Assembly: GCA_003144275.1 (NCBI GenBank) | Contig: NJBF01000048.1 | Coordinates: 1-22,371 of the forward strand | Origin: Candidatus Heimdallarchaeota archaeon B3_Heim | GTDB taxonomy: Archaea > Asgardarchaeota > Heimdallarchaeia > Hodarchaeales > Hodarchaeaceae | Reading direction: 5' to 3' | Length of the DNA: 22,371 nucleotides | In this document: positions 7,774 through 16,738 of the stretch, one piece after another | How the letters are laid out: every line of letters starts with the position of its first letter | Position numbering within the stretch: position 1 is the stretch's first letter | Notes under the pieces: model-generated | The model's input: the letters and a program-made list of their open reading frames with translations, nothing else | Database searches by the model: none | Told to the model about the DNA's origin: nothing | Made by a program: the position numbers and the translations under genes

Positions 7774-9198
7774 TCATAAATATTTAGAGGAGATTTTATC
7801 CAATTCAGTTGATTTTAAATTATCCAGAGCTTTTTGTGGGCTTTTCGCTAAAAGTCCTTCAATTTCTTCTTTTGCTCTCTGCCTAGAGGAACGAGAACCT
7901 GCTTTTTTCCATTCATCGCGAGTCATCCTAGCAATTATAGGACTCGGTAAGAAAAGCTCTTTACGGAATAGTTGAAGAGTCGATGGATGAGATAACAACT
8001 CATTAGTATTATCGTAATCTTTTAGTATTTCTTCAGCAAACGGAGACCCATAATCATGTATACCTCTAAGAAATCGTTTAACCATACCGGCAATTTCATT
8101 ATCAATTAATAATTTTTCAATTGATTGACAGGATTCAAAATCGAGCATTCCAGGACCAGAAATCATGTTAATACCGGTTAATCCAGCTAACAAAGCACCC
8201 ATCCCAGCCTCCAAACCAGCTTGTGCATCAGGAATCTTGGCATCACTCAGACTCATATAGGCATGAGTAGGCAAATTTAAATATTTACCCATTTCAACAT
8301 CCCCAATGTCAATCATCATTGTTTCAATTGCTCCCATTGGTGTAGTACCATGTTTCATGTCCATTATCGCAGGGGAACCTCCCCAAATAATTGGAGCTCC
8401 TTTTTTAGCTAATTGAGAAATTACAACTCCTGCAAGAGACTCGGCACAATGTTGAGTAATTGAACCGATCAATGTTATCGGTGCATTGGCTCCTGACATA
8501 GGCATACTGATAAATTCAGAGGGTATCATTCTCTCAGCGGCGTCAATAACAGACTGTGTTGTTAGATCCGACCAAGAAAGTGGTGGTGAGGGACAAGCAT
8601 CAAAAATTGCAAGAGGTTTAGCTGCTAAATCTTTTTCAGACGTGCGACACGTCAATAATAATTCATTCATTATTGAAAAACTCTCTTTACGAAATGTACC
8701 TGTAACAATGGGCTTGTGACCGTATTTAAGAGTCGTATATAGACGATGCCAATCTTGGGCACTCTTTGGAACATCAGAATATACTAGTGATGTACTCTGA
8801 GCATCAATATTTAATAATTGATCAACAATTTTGGTAAAACGAATGAAATCTTGATGGAGAGGTTCTCTTATTTGTCCACTATTTTCATCAAGAATGAATA
8901 TAGCTGCAGATCCAGGGTCAAAATGAATGTTATCATCTTTGAGGGATAGATGAACGTTTCCTTCACGATCATACATTGTTATTTCATGAGGTGGGGAGGT
9001 AAGACACTTATCTACTAAATCAGAGGGAATATAATACCGATGGTTATCATTAGGCACTCCTTGTTCCTTGAGAAGAACTTCTGCCTCTGAATTTTCAAAT
9101 AAAACACCTAGCGATTTAAGAATATGTTTGGCTTCCTCAAAAATTTTCTTCTTGTATTCATCATTAAGTAATGCTACTTTAGGTCTTAAGATTCCCAT
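7774..9198 (-). CDS. mttB: Trimethylamine methyltransferase (MttB/MtgB) superfamily protein, non-pyrrolysine
   Basis: N-terminal RPKVALL...ILKSLGV, SPPLSW, GANAPITLIG..Q..AESLAG, PIIWGG, MDMKHG, SDAKIPDAQAGLE and GMLDFE. No in-frame TAG. The substrate is unknown. Confidence 0.9.
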   Translation of the reverse strand: MGILRPKVALLNDEYKKKIFEEAKHILKSLGVLFENSEAEVLLKEQGVPNDNHRYYIPSDLVDKCLTSPPHEITMYDREGNVHLSLKDDNIHFDPGSAAIFILDENSGQIREPLHQDFIRFTKIVDQLLNIDAQSTSLVYSDVPKSAQDWHRLYTTLKYGHKPIVTGTFRKESFSIMNELLLTCRTSEKDLAAKPLAIFDACPSPPLSWSDLTTQSVIDAAERMIPSEFISMPMSGANAPITLIGSITQHCAESLAGVVISQLAKKGAPIIWGGSPAIMDMKHGTTPMGAIETMMIDIGDVEMGKYLNLPTHAYMSLSDAKIPDAQAGLEAGMGALLAGLTGINMISGPGMLDFESCQSIEKLLIDNEIAGMVKRFLRGIHDYGSPFAEEILKDYDNTNELLSHPSTLQLFRKELFLPSPIIARMTRDEWKKAGSRSSRQRAKEEIEGLLAKSPQKALDNLKSTELDKISSKYL

Positions 9199-9209
9199 TT
9201 CTACACTTC

Positions 9210-10094
9210 CTAGCGATTGTCAATTAACATTCTCATCTTTTGAATATGGGTTGGGGTGGTACCACAACAACCTCCCACAATTTTCACTCCCAGATCAATC
9301 ATCTGTTCTATATCATTCACAAACTCATCAGGTGATTGATCATAAACAGTAATCCCTCCCTCTAACCGTGGTTGTCCGGCATTGGGTTTGACTGAGACTG
9401 GTTTATCAGTCAATTGCACCAATTCTTTGGTAAGCTCTATCATTTGATCTGAGCCCAAGGTGCAATTTGTACCGATTACGTCAACATTCTCCTCCTCTAA
9501 AGTATTCACACAGGTTTCCAAAGAATCTCCCATGATTGTGAAAAAACCCCTTGTTTTTGTTTTACGGTAAGTCATCGAGGCTATGATTGGTTTCAGAGAT
9601 ACTTCTTTTATTGCGTGAATTGCGGCTGACATTTCCTGAAGATCTGACATTGTCTCAATATGCCACAAATCAACGCCTACCTCCAATACTTCAACTTGTT
9701 GTTGAAATCCATTTTTCCATTGATCTCCTGATGCTTCTCCAACTGGTGGTCTAAATTCACCAGATGGACCGATATCTCCCACAATCAATTTTCCTCTTGG
9801 GGGTTGAATATCTTTAATATTTCTTAGTGCCTCGATATTAATCTTCTGTAAATATTCACTTAAATGCTGTCTCTCTAAATTTACTAAATTTGCACTAAAA
9901 GTACACGTTTGAACCATATCTGCCCCTGATTCATAATAACTAGCTAATACTTTTTTAACAATTTCAGGGCCTTCAATATTCAAGAAATCGGGTAATTTGC
10001 CCGGTTCTAGATTATAGTTCATTAATTGTGTACCCATTGCTCCATCGAATAAAATAATCTTTGATACATTACCTAGCCATTGTGTGAAAGACAT
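9210..10094 (-). CDS. Stand-alone homocysteine S-methyltransferase domain (MetH N-terminal module)
   Basis: FDGAMGT, TCTFSAN, GDIGPSG, ETMSD, Zn-ligand motifs GTNC and GGCCGTTP, and KPNAGQP. Confidence 0.92.
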   Translation of the reverse strand: MSFTQWLGNVSKIILFDGAMGTQLMNYNLEPGKLPDFLNIEGPEIVKKVLASYYESGADMVQTCTFSANLVNLERQHLSEYLQKINIEALRNIKDIQPPRGKLIVGDIGPSGEFRPPVGEASGDQWKNGFQQQVEVLEVGVDLWHIETMSDLQEMSAAIHAIKEVSLKPIIASMTYRKTKTRGFFTIMGDSLETCVNTLEEENVDVIGTNCTLGSDQMIELTKELVQLTDKPVSVKPNAGQPRLEGGITVYDQSPDEFVNDIEQMIDLGVKIVGGCCGTTPTHIQKMRMLIDNR

Positions 10095-10129
10095 CAGTAA
10101 CTCACTTTATTCTAACATATAAATCCAGA

Positions 10130-10774
10130 TTACATCAAACTTTTTGCTAATTTTACAGATTCAACTGCATTTTCAGCGTAACCATCAGCATGGCATTCGT
10201 CTACCCATCCCTGTGTAACAGGGGCACCCCCAAATATCACTTTGAAGTTATTTCTAAGATTTTTCTGTTCTAAGATCTCAATTACTTTTTTCTGATTTAA
10301 CATTGTCGTGGTTAACAGAGTTGAAACTCCAATGATATCTACGTTCTCATTAATTGCCACATCAACTATTTTTTCTGCTTTCACATCGGTACCTAAGTCA
10401 ATAACTTGAAATCCATTTGCTCGAAGCATAGTGGCGACAATGGTTTTACCAATGGAGTGAATATCGCCTTCAATTGTAGCTAAGAGAACTTTACCTGAGG
10501 ATTGACGTTCAGACCCAGATGATTGCAGCTGTGGTGTAAGAACATCCACCGCTTTTTGCATAATCTGTGCTCCAGACATTAATTCTGGAAGAAAGAATTC
10601 TCCATCATCCCAAAGATCCCCTACTTTACGAATGCCTTCTCCAAATCCTTTCTCGATCACTTTCAAAAGATTCATTTCTTCTTTGAGTGCTTGATTTGCT
10701 AAATTCAACGCTTTTTCTTGATCTAGGTTCACAATGGCATCAGCCATTTCTTTATAGATTTCTTCTGCATCCAT
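10130..10774 (-). CDS. Corrinoid (cobalamin-binding) protein, MttC/MtgC-like
   Basis: Cap domain (FFLPELM), D-x-H-x-x-G (GDIHSIGK) base-off/His-on motif, DLG, STLLTTT and GGAPV. Confidence 0.93.
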   Translation of the reverse strand: MDAEEIYKEMADAIVNLDQEKALNLANQALKEEMNLLKVIEKGFGEGIRKVGDLWDDGEFFLPELMSGAQIMQKAVDVLTPQLQSSGSERQSSGKVLLATIEGDIHSIGKTIVATMLRANGFQVIDLGTDVKAEKIVDVAINENVDIIGVSTLLTTTMLNQKKVIEILEQKNLRNNFKVIFGGAPVTQGWVDECHADGYAENAVESVKLAKSLM

Positions 10775-10820
10775 CTTCAGAAAATCTCCTTTTTAACAAT
10801 TAAGATCGATAAATAAATTA

Positions 10821-11183
10821 TTATCTATAGTTTTCCCAGCTAAAATCAATTTCGTGAAGAAAGGTTTGAAATTCCAATTTTCTCCCTTCTGGATCTGTAG
10901 TAAAGAAGTTGTAAATATTATATTCTGTATTCTCAGTGGGTTTAGCTGCCGTCTGTTGTTGTAGTCTTTGATAAATGTCATCGACATCTTGTTTATTCTT
11001 GTAAAAAAAAGTTAATAACCCGTCTTTACTAATTTTATCTCCTTCACAAAACCCGAATAAAAAATTATCGTGTTTAAAGATAATACAGTCACCCTGATCG
11101 ATCCAAATTTTTGAACCGATGCTAGTATAGAAAAATTTCATCTTCTCAAGATCTTGAGACCTTAAAAATACGATACCAGCCAT
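10821..11183 (-). CDS. VOC/glyoxalase superfamily protein
   Basis: DLEKMKFFYT, VDDIYQRL and FFTTDPEGRKLEFQ patterns in a 120-aa protein. Confidence 0.8.
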   Translation of the reverse strand: MAGIVFLRSQDLEKMKFFYTSIGSKIWIDQGDCIIFKHDNFLFGFCEGDKISKDGLLTFFYKNKQDVDDIYQRLQQQTAAKPTENTEYNIYNFFTTDPEGRKLEFQTFLHEIDFSWENYR

Positions 11184-11298
11184 TGTGGTTTAACTCCAGA
11201 TTTAGAATATTGATTTTCGATATTAGGATGGTTATGAAGAGGATTGGAGGAAACAACGATCTATTGCATTCTTCTCTGAATAAACTATGAAGAATACA

Positions 11299-11310
11299 TC
11301 TTTATAAAGA
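11299..11310. promoter_or_regulatory. Palindromic TATA-like element between divergent operons
   Basis: Perfect 12-bp palindrome TCTTTATAAAGA, positioned appropriately for a + strand start near 11346-11354. Confidence 0.4.
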
Positions 11311-11353
11311 AGATTAACATCCAAGTAGATCTAGTTTAAGAGGAAGTGCTACT

Positions 11354-12199
11354 ACGAAATCTCTATCGATTCTGAGTCACAAAGGAGGGGTAGGGAAAAC
11401 CTCTATTGCAGCTAACATCGCAGTACACCTAGCCAAGGAAGGCCACAATGTGTGTTTATTAGACACAGATTTTCATGGTCCATCCATTATCACCTTTTTT
11501 AAGAAAAATTCAAGCACTAAATGGTTAAATGATTACTTATTGCACGATGAACCATTGGATAATTGCCTAGAGGAGATTTCTTCCCAATTAGAAACATCTG
11601 GTAAACTTTTTGTGGGTTTTGCTGATCCTTCTGCGTCAGCGATTGAAACCAACATAAGAATTAATGAAAAAATGTCATTTATAATGCTAAAAAACTTAAT
11701 GAAAGTTGGGAAACACCTAGAACATCCACCATATGAAGTAAGTTACCTCATTCTTGATAGTTCCCCAGGTACAACTTATGGCACAGTAAATGCGATGATA
11801 ACAACTCAAACTAGCTTGTTTATTGTTAAATTGAGTAATGCGGATCTCTTAGGCACTTCCCAGATGATTACTGGCTTAAATAAACAATTAAAAAGTCGAT
11901 CTCTCATTTTGGCAAATTTAATACCTAAGAGTGTTATTAAAGATCCAGCCATTATTTCTCAGATTCAATCTCTTATTGAAGAAAAATTTACTCAGGATAT
12001 TCAAGATAAATACGTTGACTTTATTGGATGGATCCCAATTGATGAATCACTAATACAAACAGAGTTCCTTGAAGCAGTTAAGACATTACAGAACAAAGAT
12101 TCTTCACGACTTATATATACTTTAATACAGCCAGATCATCCATTTTCGACTACTCTAGTAAAATTAATCCCAATAATTTTTGGGGAAAATGTTCAATGA
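11354..12199 (+). CDS. MinD/ParA (SIMIBI) family ATPase; true N-terminus lies upstream of the ORF-track call
   Basis: The frame is open upstream of 11450 and reads TKSLSILSHKGGVGKTSIAANIAVHLAKEGHNVCLLDTD. Deviant Walker A at 11381-11401, also LILDSSPG. No ATG/GTG/TTG in frame upstream of the Walker A; ACG at 11354 is the candidate start. Confidence 0.85.
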   Translation, partial: TKSLSILSHKGGVGKTSIAANIAVHLAKEGHNVCLLDTDFHGPSIITFFKKNSSTKWLNDYLLHDEPLDNCLEEISSQLETSGKLFVGFADPSASAIETNIRINEKMSFIMLKNLMKVGKHLEHPPYEVSYLILDSSPGTTYGTVNAMITTQTSLFIVKLSNADLLGTSQMITGLNKQLKSRSLILANLIPKSVIKDPAIISQIQSLIEEKFTQDIQDKYVDFIGWIPIDESLIQTEFLEAVKTLQNKDSSRLIYTLIQPDHPFSTTLVKLIPIIFGENVQ

Positions 12200-12837
12200 T
12201 CGTCTATGCTATCTATATTATAGATGAAGGAGGAAGACCGCTAGTTTCACAATACTTTCAGTCATCCGATGATATCCCAAATGAGGTATTATTCGGAGCA
12301 TTATTTACGGCATTCAAAGATCTCGCAGCCGATGTTACCACACAGAAATCGTGGGAGATGAAAAGTATAGGAATTGAGAGATTGTTCTACCATACAAAAT
12401 CATTTGGACCATTTAATGTAGTAATCGTTACGAACACCCCGAAAAGTCCTGAAAATCTCTTACAAACTATCGGATTACGGTTTATGAAGGAACACCACAA
12501 GGAACTAGTGATAGATTTTCTTGTTGACCTCAGAATTTTCGACTCATTCAAGGAAATAATTCAGAATATTGTTAAAGAAGAAAATCTAGTAGATGAATCA
12601 GGACAATTAAAACCGACAAAACGATTCAGCGTAGGAGGAATATTTGATTTATCCTCTGAACTTCAATCAACTGCGTTAGCATTAATAGCACTAGAAGAGG
12701 GTACATTAGAGGCAATATCAGAGGAAAGTGGTAATAGCCAACTGGAAACTGTAAATTCTCTGAATATATTACAGAAAATGGGGTACATTGGACGGAAAAA
12801 AAAAGAAGGAAAGCAAATTTTCTTTTATTCAGCTTGA
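12196..12837 (+). CDS. Longin/roadblock-like N-terminal domain fused to a C-terminal winged helix-turn-helix
   Basis: N-terminal YAIYIIDEGGRPL...LFGALFTA pattern typical of longin-like folds. C-terminal TLEAISEESG...SLNILQKMGYIGRKK..KQIFFY resembles a wHTH. ATGA overlap with the ATPase. Confidence 0.6.
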   Translation: MIVYAIYIIDEGGRPLVSQYFQSSDDIPNEVLFGALFTAFKDLAADVTTQKSWEMKSIGIERLFYHTKSFGPFNVVIVTNTPKSPENLLQTIGLRFMKEHHKELVIDFLVDLRIFDSFKEIIQNIVKEENLVDESGQLKPTKRFSVGGIFDLSSELQSTALALIALEEGTLEAISEESGNSQLETVNSLNILQKMGYIGRKKKEGKQIFFYSA

Positions 12838-12927
12838 TGGCTGAATCGACACACCTTTAAGATGAGTTTTCCAAATTTCCTTTTAGAAATTTTGAAATAA
12901 TTAATCCTTTCATGGATTTGAATCCTC

Positions 12928-14100
12928 ATGGTGAATTATGCAGTATTAGGCCTTGGGCTTATGGGATCAGCTCTGTGTTATGATTTATTAATTCATGATC
13001 CTACGTCACAGGTTTATGGATTTGATAAAGAACCTAAACAGAGAGAAAAACAAAAACTCAAGCTTAAGATCTTTGAAAAACGGTTTCATGTGGATAATTT
13101 AGATTTAAATGATAAAACTCAACATACACTGAAGCAAGTACTGATAGAAAATGAAATTGCAGTAGTCTTCGGTGCGGTTGATTACCGATTCAATTTTGGT
13201 TTGACTAAAATATGTATAGAATCTGGTTGTAGCTTCGTTGATCTCGGAGGAAATCCTTCAGTTGTTCAAAAACAGCAAGGCATGGACAAAGAAGCAAAAC
13301 AAGCAGGAGTTACAATTATTCCTGATTTAGGACTCGCACCAGGGATGGTTAATATTGTAGCAGCTCATGGAATGAGAAAATTCGATTCACTGGAAGAATG
13401 TCATTTACGTGTGGGAGGATTACCTCAGGAACCAAAAACGATTCTAAATTATCAGCAGGTCTTTGCAATTCGAGGATTAACAAATGAATATCTTGAGGAC
13501 GCAAGAATAATCAAGGATCGTAAACTCAAAATTATCCCTTCTCTTACCGATGTAGAAAAGATAAGCTTTCCTGAACCATGGGGAGAATTAGAAGCATTTA
13601 ATACTTCTGGAGGAACATCTTCACTTCCTGAGCTTTTTGAAGGAAGTATCAAGCAATTAACCTATAAAACAATAAGGTTCCCAGGCCATGCACAATTTTT
13701 TTCCTTTCTAAAGGAATTTGGTTTATTATCAAACGAAGATTTTCCTCCAAATCCGGGAGTTACTCCACGAGAAGTTGTAGAGTACTACTTAGTCAAAAAT
13801 CTTCCTCAAAATCAACTTGATGCAGTATTAGCACGAATAACAATCCTAGGAAAGATCAATAACCAAGTAAGAACGCATGTTTATCAATTAATTGATCTCT
13901 ATGATACAAAAGCAGAATTTTCAGCCATGGCACGAACTACTGCGTTTCCAACAAGCATTATTGGTCAATTCATCGCACATGGGCAGATAAAAACACATGG
14001 AGTGCTTAAGGGTGAAGAGTATGTACCCGCAAGTGCATTAATTGATGAGTTAGAGAAAAGAAATATTAAATTCGAATTTATAGAGTATCAAGAAAAATGA
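12928..14100 (+). CDS. Saccharopine dehydrogenase family / lysine 6-dehydrogenase-like
   Basis: Rossmann VLGLGLMG, FVDLGGN, PDLGLAPG, RVGGLP, EAFNTSGG, YKTIRFPGH and MARTTAF. Confidence 0.88.
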   Translation: MVNYAVLGLGLMGSALCYDLLIHDPTSQVYGFDKEPKQREKQKLKLKIFEKRFHVDNLDLNDKTQHTLKQVLIENEIAVVFGAVDYRFNFGLTKICIESGCSFVDLGGNPSVVQKQQGMDKEAKQAGVTIIPDLGLAPGMVNIVAAHGMRKFDSLEECHLRVGGLPQEPKTILNYQQVFAIRGLTNEYLEDARIIKDRKLKIIPSLTDVEKISFPEPWGELEAFNTSGGTSSLPELFEGSIKQLTYKTIRFPGHAQFFSFLKEFGLLSNEDFPPNPGVTPREVVEYYLVKNLPQNQLDAVLARITILGKINNQVRTHVYQLIDLYDTKAEFSAMARTTAFPTSIIGQFIAHGQIKTHGVLKGEEYVPASALIDELEKRNIKFEFIEYQEK

Positions 14101-16196
14101 ATCTCAGTTTCTAGATGAATATCCTGTGAAGAACTTCCGACCAGAATTCGAATTATTCCTTCATCCAGCTTCCAATCATGGGTAGAAACATCATAATAAG
14201 CCAAATCTTTGCCTCTAATGCTGATTTGCACAGCTTGCTTCTCTTCGGAATTTAGTTCTACCTTTGCAAAACCAACCAATTCTTTGGGAGGACGATCCAC
14301 ATTCGATTCTAAATGATTGGCATATATTTGTACAATTTCTGCTCCAAACCGATCTCCAGTATTTGTAATATCCACATAAAGATTGAAGGTATCATCTAAA
14401 CTATGTACCTTATTTTTGCTTAGTGATAAGTTGTCATACGAGAAAGTGGTATAACTCAACCCAAAACCAAATGGAAAAAGAGGAGCTATGTCAAATTTCT
14501 CGAAATGGCGATAGCCTACATAGATTCCTTCTTCATAATAAACCTTTAAATCATCTAAATCTCCAGGATAAGTTTTCGGGGATTTGTGAGCTGGTGAATC
14601 TGTTAATTGTTCAGGAAAAGTAATCGGTAATTTCCCAGAAGGATTAATTTCTCCAAATAGAACATTCGCAATAGCATTTCCTGCTTCCATTCCACCATAC
14701 CATGCCTCTAGGACAGCAGGAACATCATTCAACCATTCATTCATCCCTAAAGGGCTTCCATTTATCAGAATAACAACCGTATTCGGATTTTGTTTTACAG
14801 TATCCTTAATAAGATCAACTTGAGATTGTGGTAATTCCAGCTGAGCTCGATCAGCACCCTCGGAATCATGACCAGATTCCAAAGCGTCTTTCCGTTTTTC
14901 AAAGAAGTCAGAGACAAATTCTCTCCTACCACCGTCTTTATTATGATTTAATCCCATAAAGAGGAGAACCACATCTGCTTCTGAAGGATCATGAACTAAT
15001 TTTACATCCTTAGAGCAAAATTCTTTTACCCCTTCAATTGGAGTGACTTCGTAAGGAGCTTTAACGGCCGAGCTTCCTCCATAGAGGATTTTTCCGAACT
15101 TTTTATTCATATTTGGACCCAAAACTGCAATAGAATTTATGGAATCCAGCTTTAAAGGTAGAATTCCTTCATTCTTCAAAAGAACCATGCCTTCCTCTGC
15201 AATTTTTCGGGATAGTGATTGATGTTCAATTGAATTTTTTACTCCTTTCGGTAAGGTTTCTGGGTCATCAAGGACACCCGTTTTCCCTGCGACTAGGAGT
15301 ACTCGACGAATAGCATCGTTAATCAAATCCTCTTTAATTTCACCACTTGAAAGAGCTTTATGAAGTAATTTTCGTTTATACTTTTTACCTGAAGGCATTT
15401 CCAATGATAAACCAGCTTTCAAACAGGATTTTGTGGTCAATTCTTTATGAACTGTAGCCCCCCAATCAGACACAATCATGCCTTCAAAACCCCATTTATC
15501 AAAGAGAGTTTCCCTGAGAAGATAGGAATTGTCACTGCCATAAACCCCATTGACTTTATTGTAGCAAGTCATCACAGAAAACGGTTCTGCTTCTTTAACT
15601 ACTTCCTCAAATGCTCGTAAGTATATTTCATGGAGTGTCCGTTCATCTATCTCGACACTTATCGTTTTGCGTAATGTTTCCTGATTATTAGCAACAAAAT
15701 GCTTAATACAGGCCCCAACTTGCTGATTCTGTACTCCTTGAACGAATGGAATTGCCAGTTCCTTAACTAGATAAGGATCTTCTCCAAAATATTCGAACGT
15801 TCGTCCGTTTAATGGAGTTCGATCTATATTTATTCCTGGAGCAAGAAGCATGTGCCTCCCATTAGCACGCACTTCCTCAGCAATAGCTTCGCCCAGTTTT
15901 TTTGCTAAATCACGATTCCAACTAGCTGCTAAGGCCTTAGTACTAGGAAAACGAGTGTTCTTTGAGAGTCCACTGGAATGCATTGCTACTCCAAAAGGAC
16001 CATCGGTCATCCGTAATCGGCCTAATCCCAAGCGGTTAATTGGTGCTGTATTGAATATTCTGTGACCAGAGAGTAATCGCATCTTTTCATCAAGAGTAAG
16101 TCGTTTTAATAAATCTTCTACGCGTTTTTCAAGACTTAAGCGACTATTTCGATAAGGAAGATGAGCTATCTCTTGTTTTGAATATATGATATCCAT
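14088..16196 (-). CDS. GH3 beta-glucosidase with C-terminal fibronectin-III-like domain, no signal peptide
   Basis: DGPFG, LAPGINIDR, GRTFEYFGEDP, KHFVANNQE, nucleophile motif VSDWG, LLKNEG, WYGG, PSGKLP, YEEGIYVGYRH, PFGFGLSY and ELVGFAKV. Overlaps the upstream convergent gene by 13 bp. Confidence 0.95.
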   Translation of the reverse strand: MDIIYSKQEIAHLPYRNSRLSLEKRVEDLLKRLTLDEKMRLLSGHRIFNTAPINRLGLGRLRMTDGPFGVAMHSSGLSKNTRFPSTKALAASWNRDLAKKLGEAIAEEVRANGRHMLLAPGINIDRTPLNGRTFEYFGEDPYLVKELAIPFVQGVQNQQVGACIKHFVANNQETLRKTISVEIDERTLHEIYLRAFEEVVKEAEPFSVMTCYNKVNGVYGSDNSYLLRETLFDKWGFEGMIVSDWGATVHKELTTKSCLKAGLSLEMPSGKKYKRKLLHKALSSGEIKEDLINDAIRRVLLVAGKTGVLDDPETLPKGVKNSIEHQSLSRKIAEEGMVLLKNEGILPLKLDSINSIAVLGPNMNKKFGKILYGGSSAVKAPYEVTPIEGVKEFCSKDVKLVHDPSEADVVLLFMGLNHNKDGGRREFVSDFFEKRKDALESGHDSEGADRAQLELPQSQVDLIKDTVKQNPNTVVILINGSPLGMNEWLNDVPAVLEAWYGGMEAGNAIANVLFGEINPSGKLPITFPEQLTDSPAHKSPKTYPGDLDDLKVYYEEGIYVGYRHFEKFDIAPLFPFGFGLSYTTFSYDNLSLSKNKVHSLDDTFNLYVDITNTGDRFGAEIVQIYANHLESNVDRPPKELVGFAKVELNSEEKQAVQISIRGKDLAYYDVSTHDWKLDEGIIRILVGSSSQDIHLETEIHFS

Positions 16197-16406
16197 TAAT
16201 GATCACATTTGGTAAAAAGATAAGGGAATAATCGTTTGGGGGGAAATTAAATGTGTATTATTAAAGTCAGCCACGATCAGACAAATTGTGCAGGCAAACT
16301 TAAAAATTTTTTACTTTATACATAGATGGTACTGAAAGATGGACAGTTGTTGCGGATTATTTGGAGAGAGGGGGGCCAAATAAAGTTGATATTTAATGAT
16401 AAAGAC

Positions 16407-16610
16407 CAATTGGTAAATTAGCTTCTAGTACGGAATAGTGACAAAATTCTGAGTATGACTTTTCCCGAAGTGACAGTATTGTTTCCAATCGGAATTGTAC
16501 CCGATAACAATGGTTCCAATATCATGAATGACACAATATCAATGCTTCTAGCGATTAATTCTGTGGAAATTGTCATTGATTTTTGTATGGCGTTTGACAA
16601 AAAACTTCAT
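16407..16610 (-). pseudogene. tnpB: Decayed IS200/IS605-family tnpB fragment
   Basis: A frame not shown in the ORF track reads MKFFVKRHTKINDNFHRINR*KH*YCVIHDIGTIVIGYNSDWKQYCHFGKSHTQNFVTIPY*KLIYQL, matching the IGTIVIGYN..WKQ....GK...QNFV.IP..KLI.QL TnpB signature. In-frame stops at 16548-50, 16539-41 and 16425-27. Confidence 0.8.
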
Positions 16611-16738
16611 AAATTGCCAGGATAGGGTTCCAATAATAAGTATCGCTCAATTGTCAGTGAAAATTGGTTATATTAGGAATTTTGATCTCTATAATGATTG
16701 AAAGATTAAAACGTAATCGAGAAAATTCAAGTGATTGA

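Noticed and set aside
8486-10987. ORFs 8486-8719 (+), 9068-9352 (+) and 10793-10987 (-)
   Set aside because: They overlap well-supported genes and have no motifs.
11184-11340. Cobalamin or SAM riboswitch upstream of the corrinoid operon
   Set aside because: No recognisable conserved riboswitch elements or stable stems by eye. An Infernal/Rfam scan would be decisive.
13452-16065. ORFs 13452-13652, 14423-14623 and 15850-16065
   Set aside because: Antisense shadows within the dehydrogenase and GH3 genes.
16418-16600. 60-aa minus-strand ORF from the track, and possible amber read-through of the two TAG-AAG sites in tnpB
   Set aside because: The ORF is an alternate frame of the tnpB relic. An in-frame TGA and the missing domains indicate decay, not recoding.
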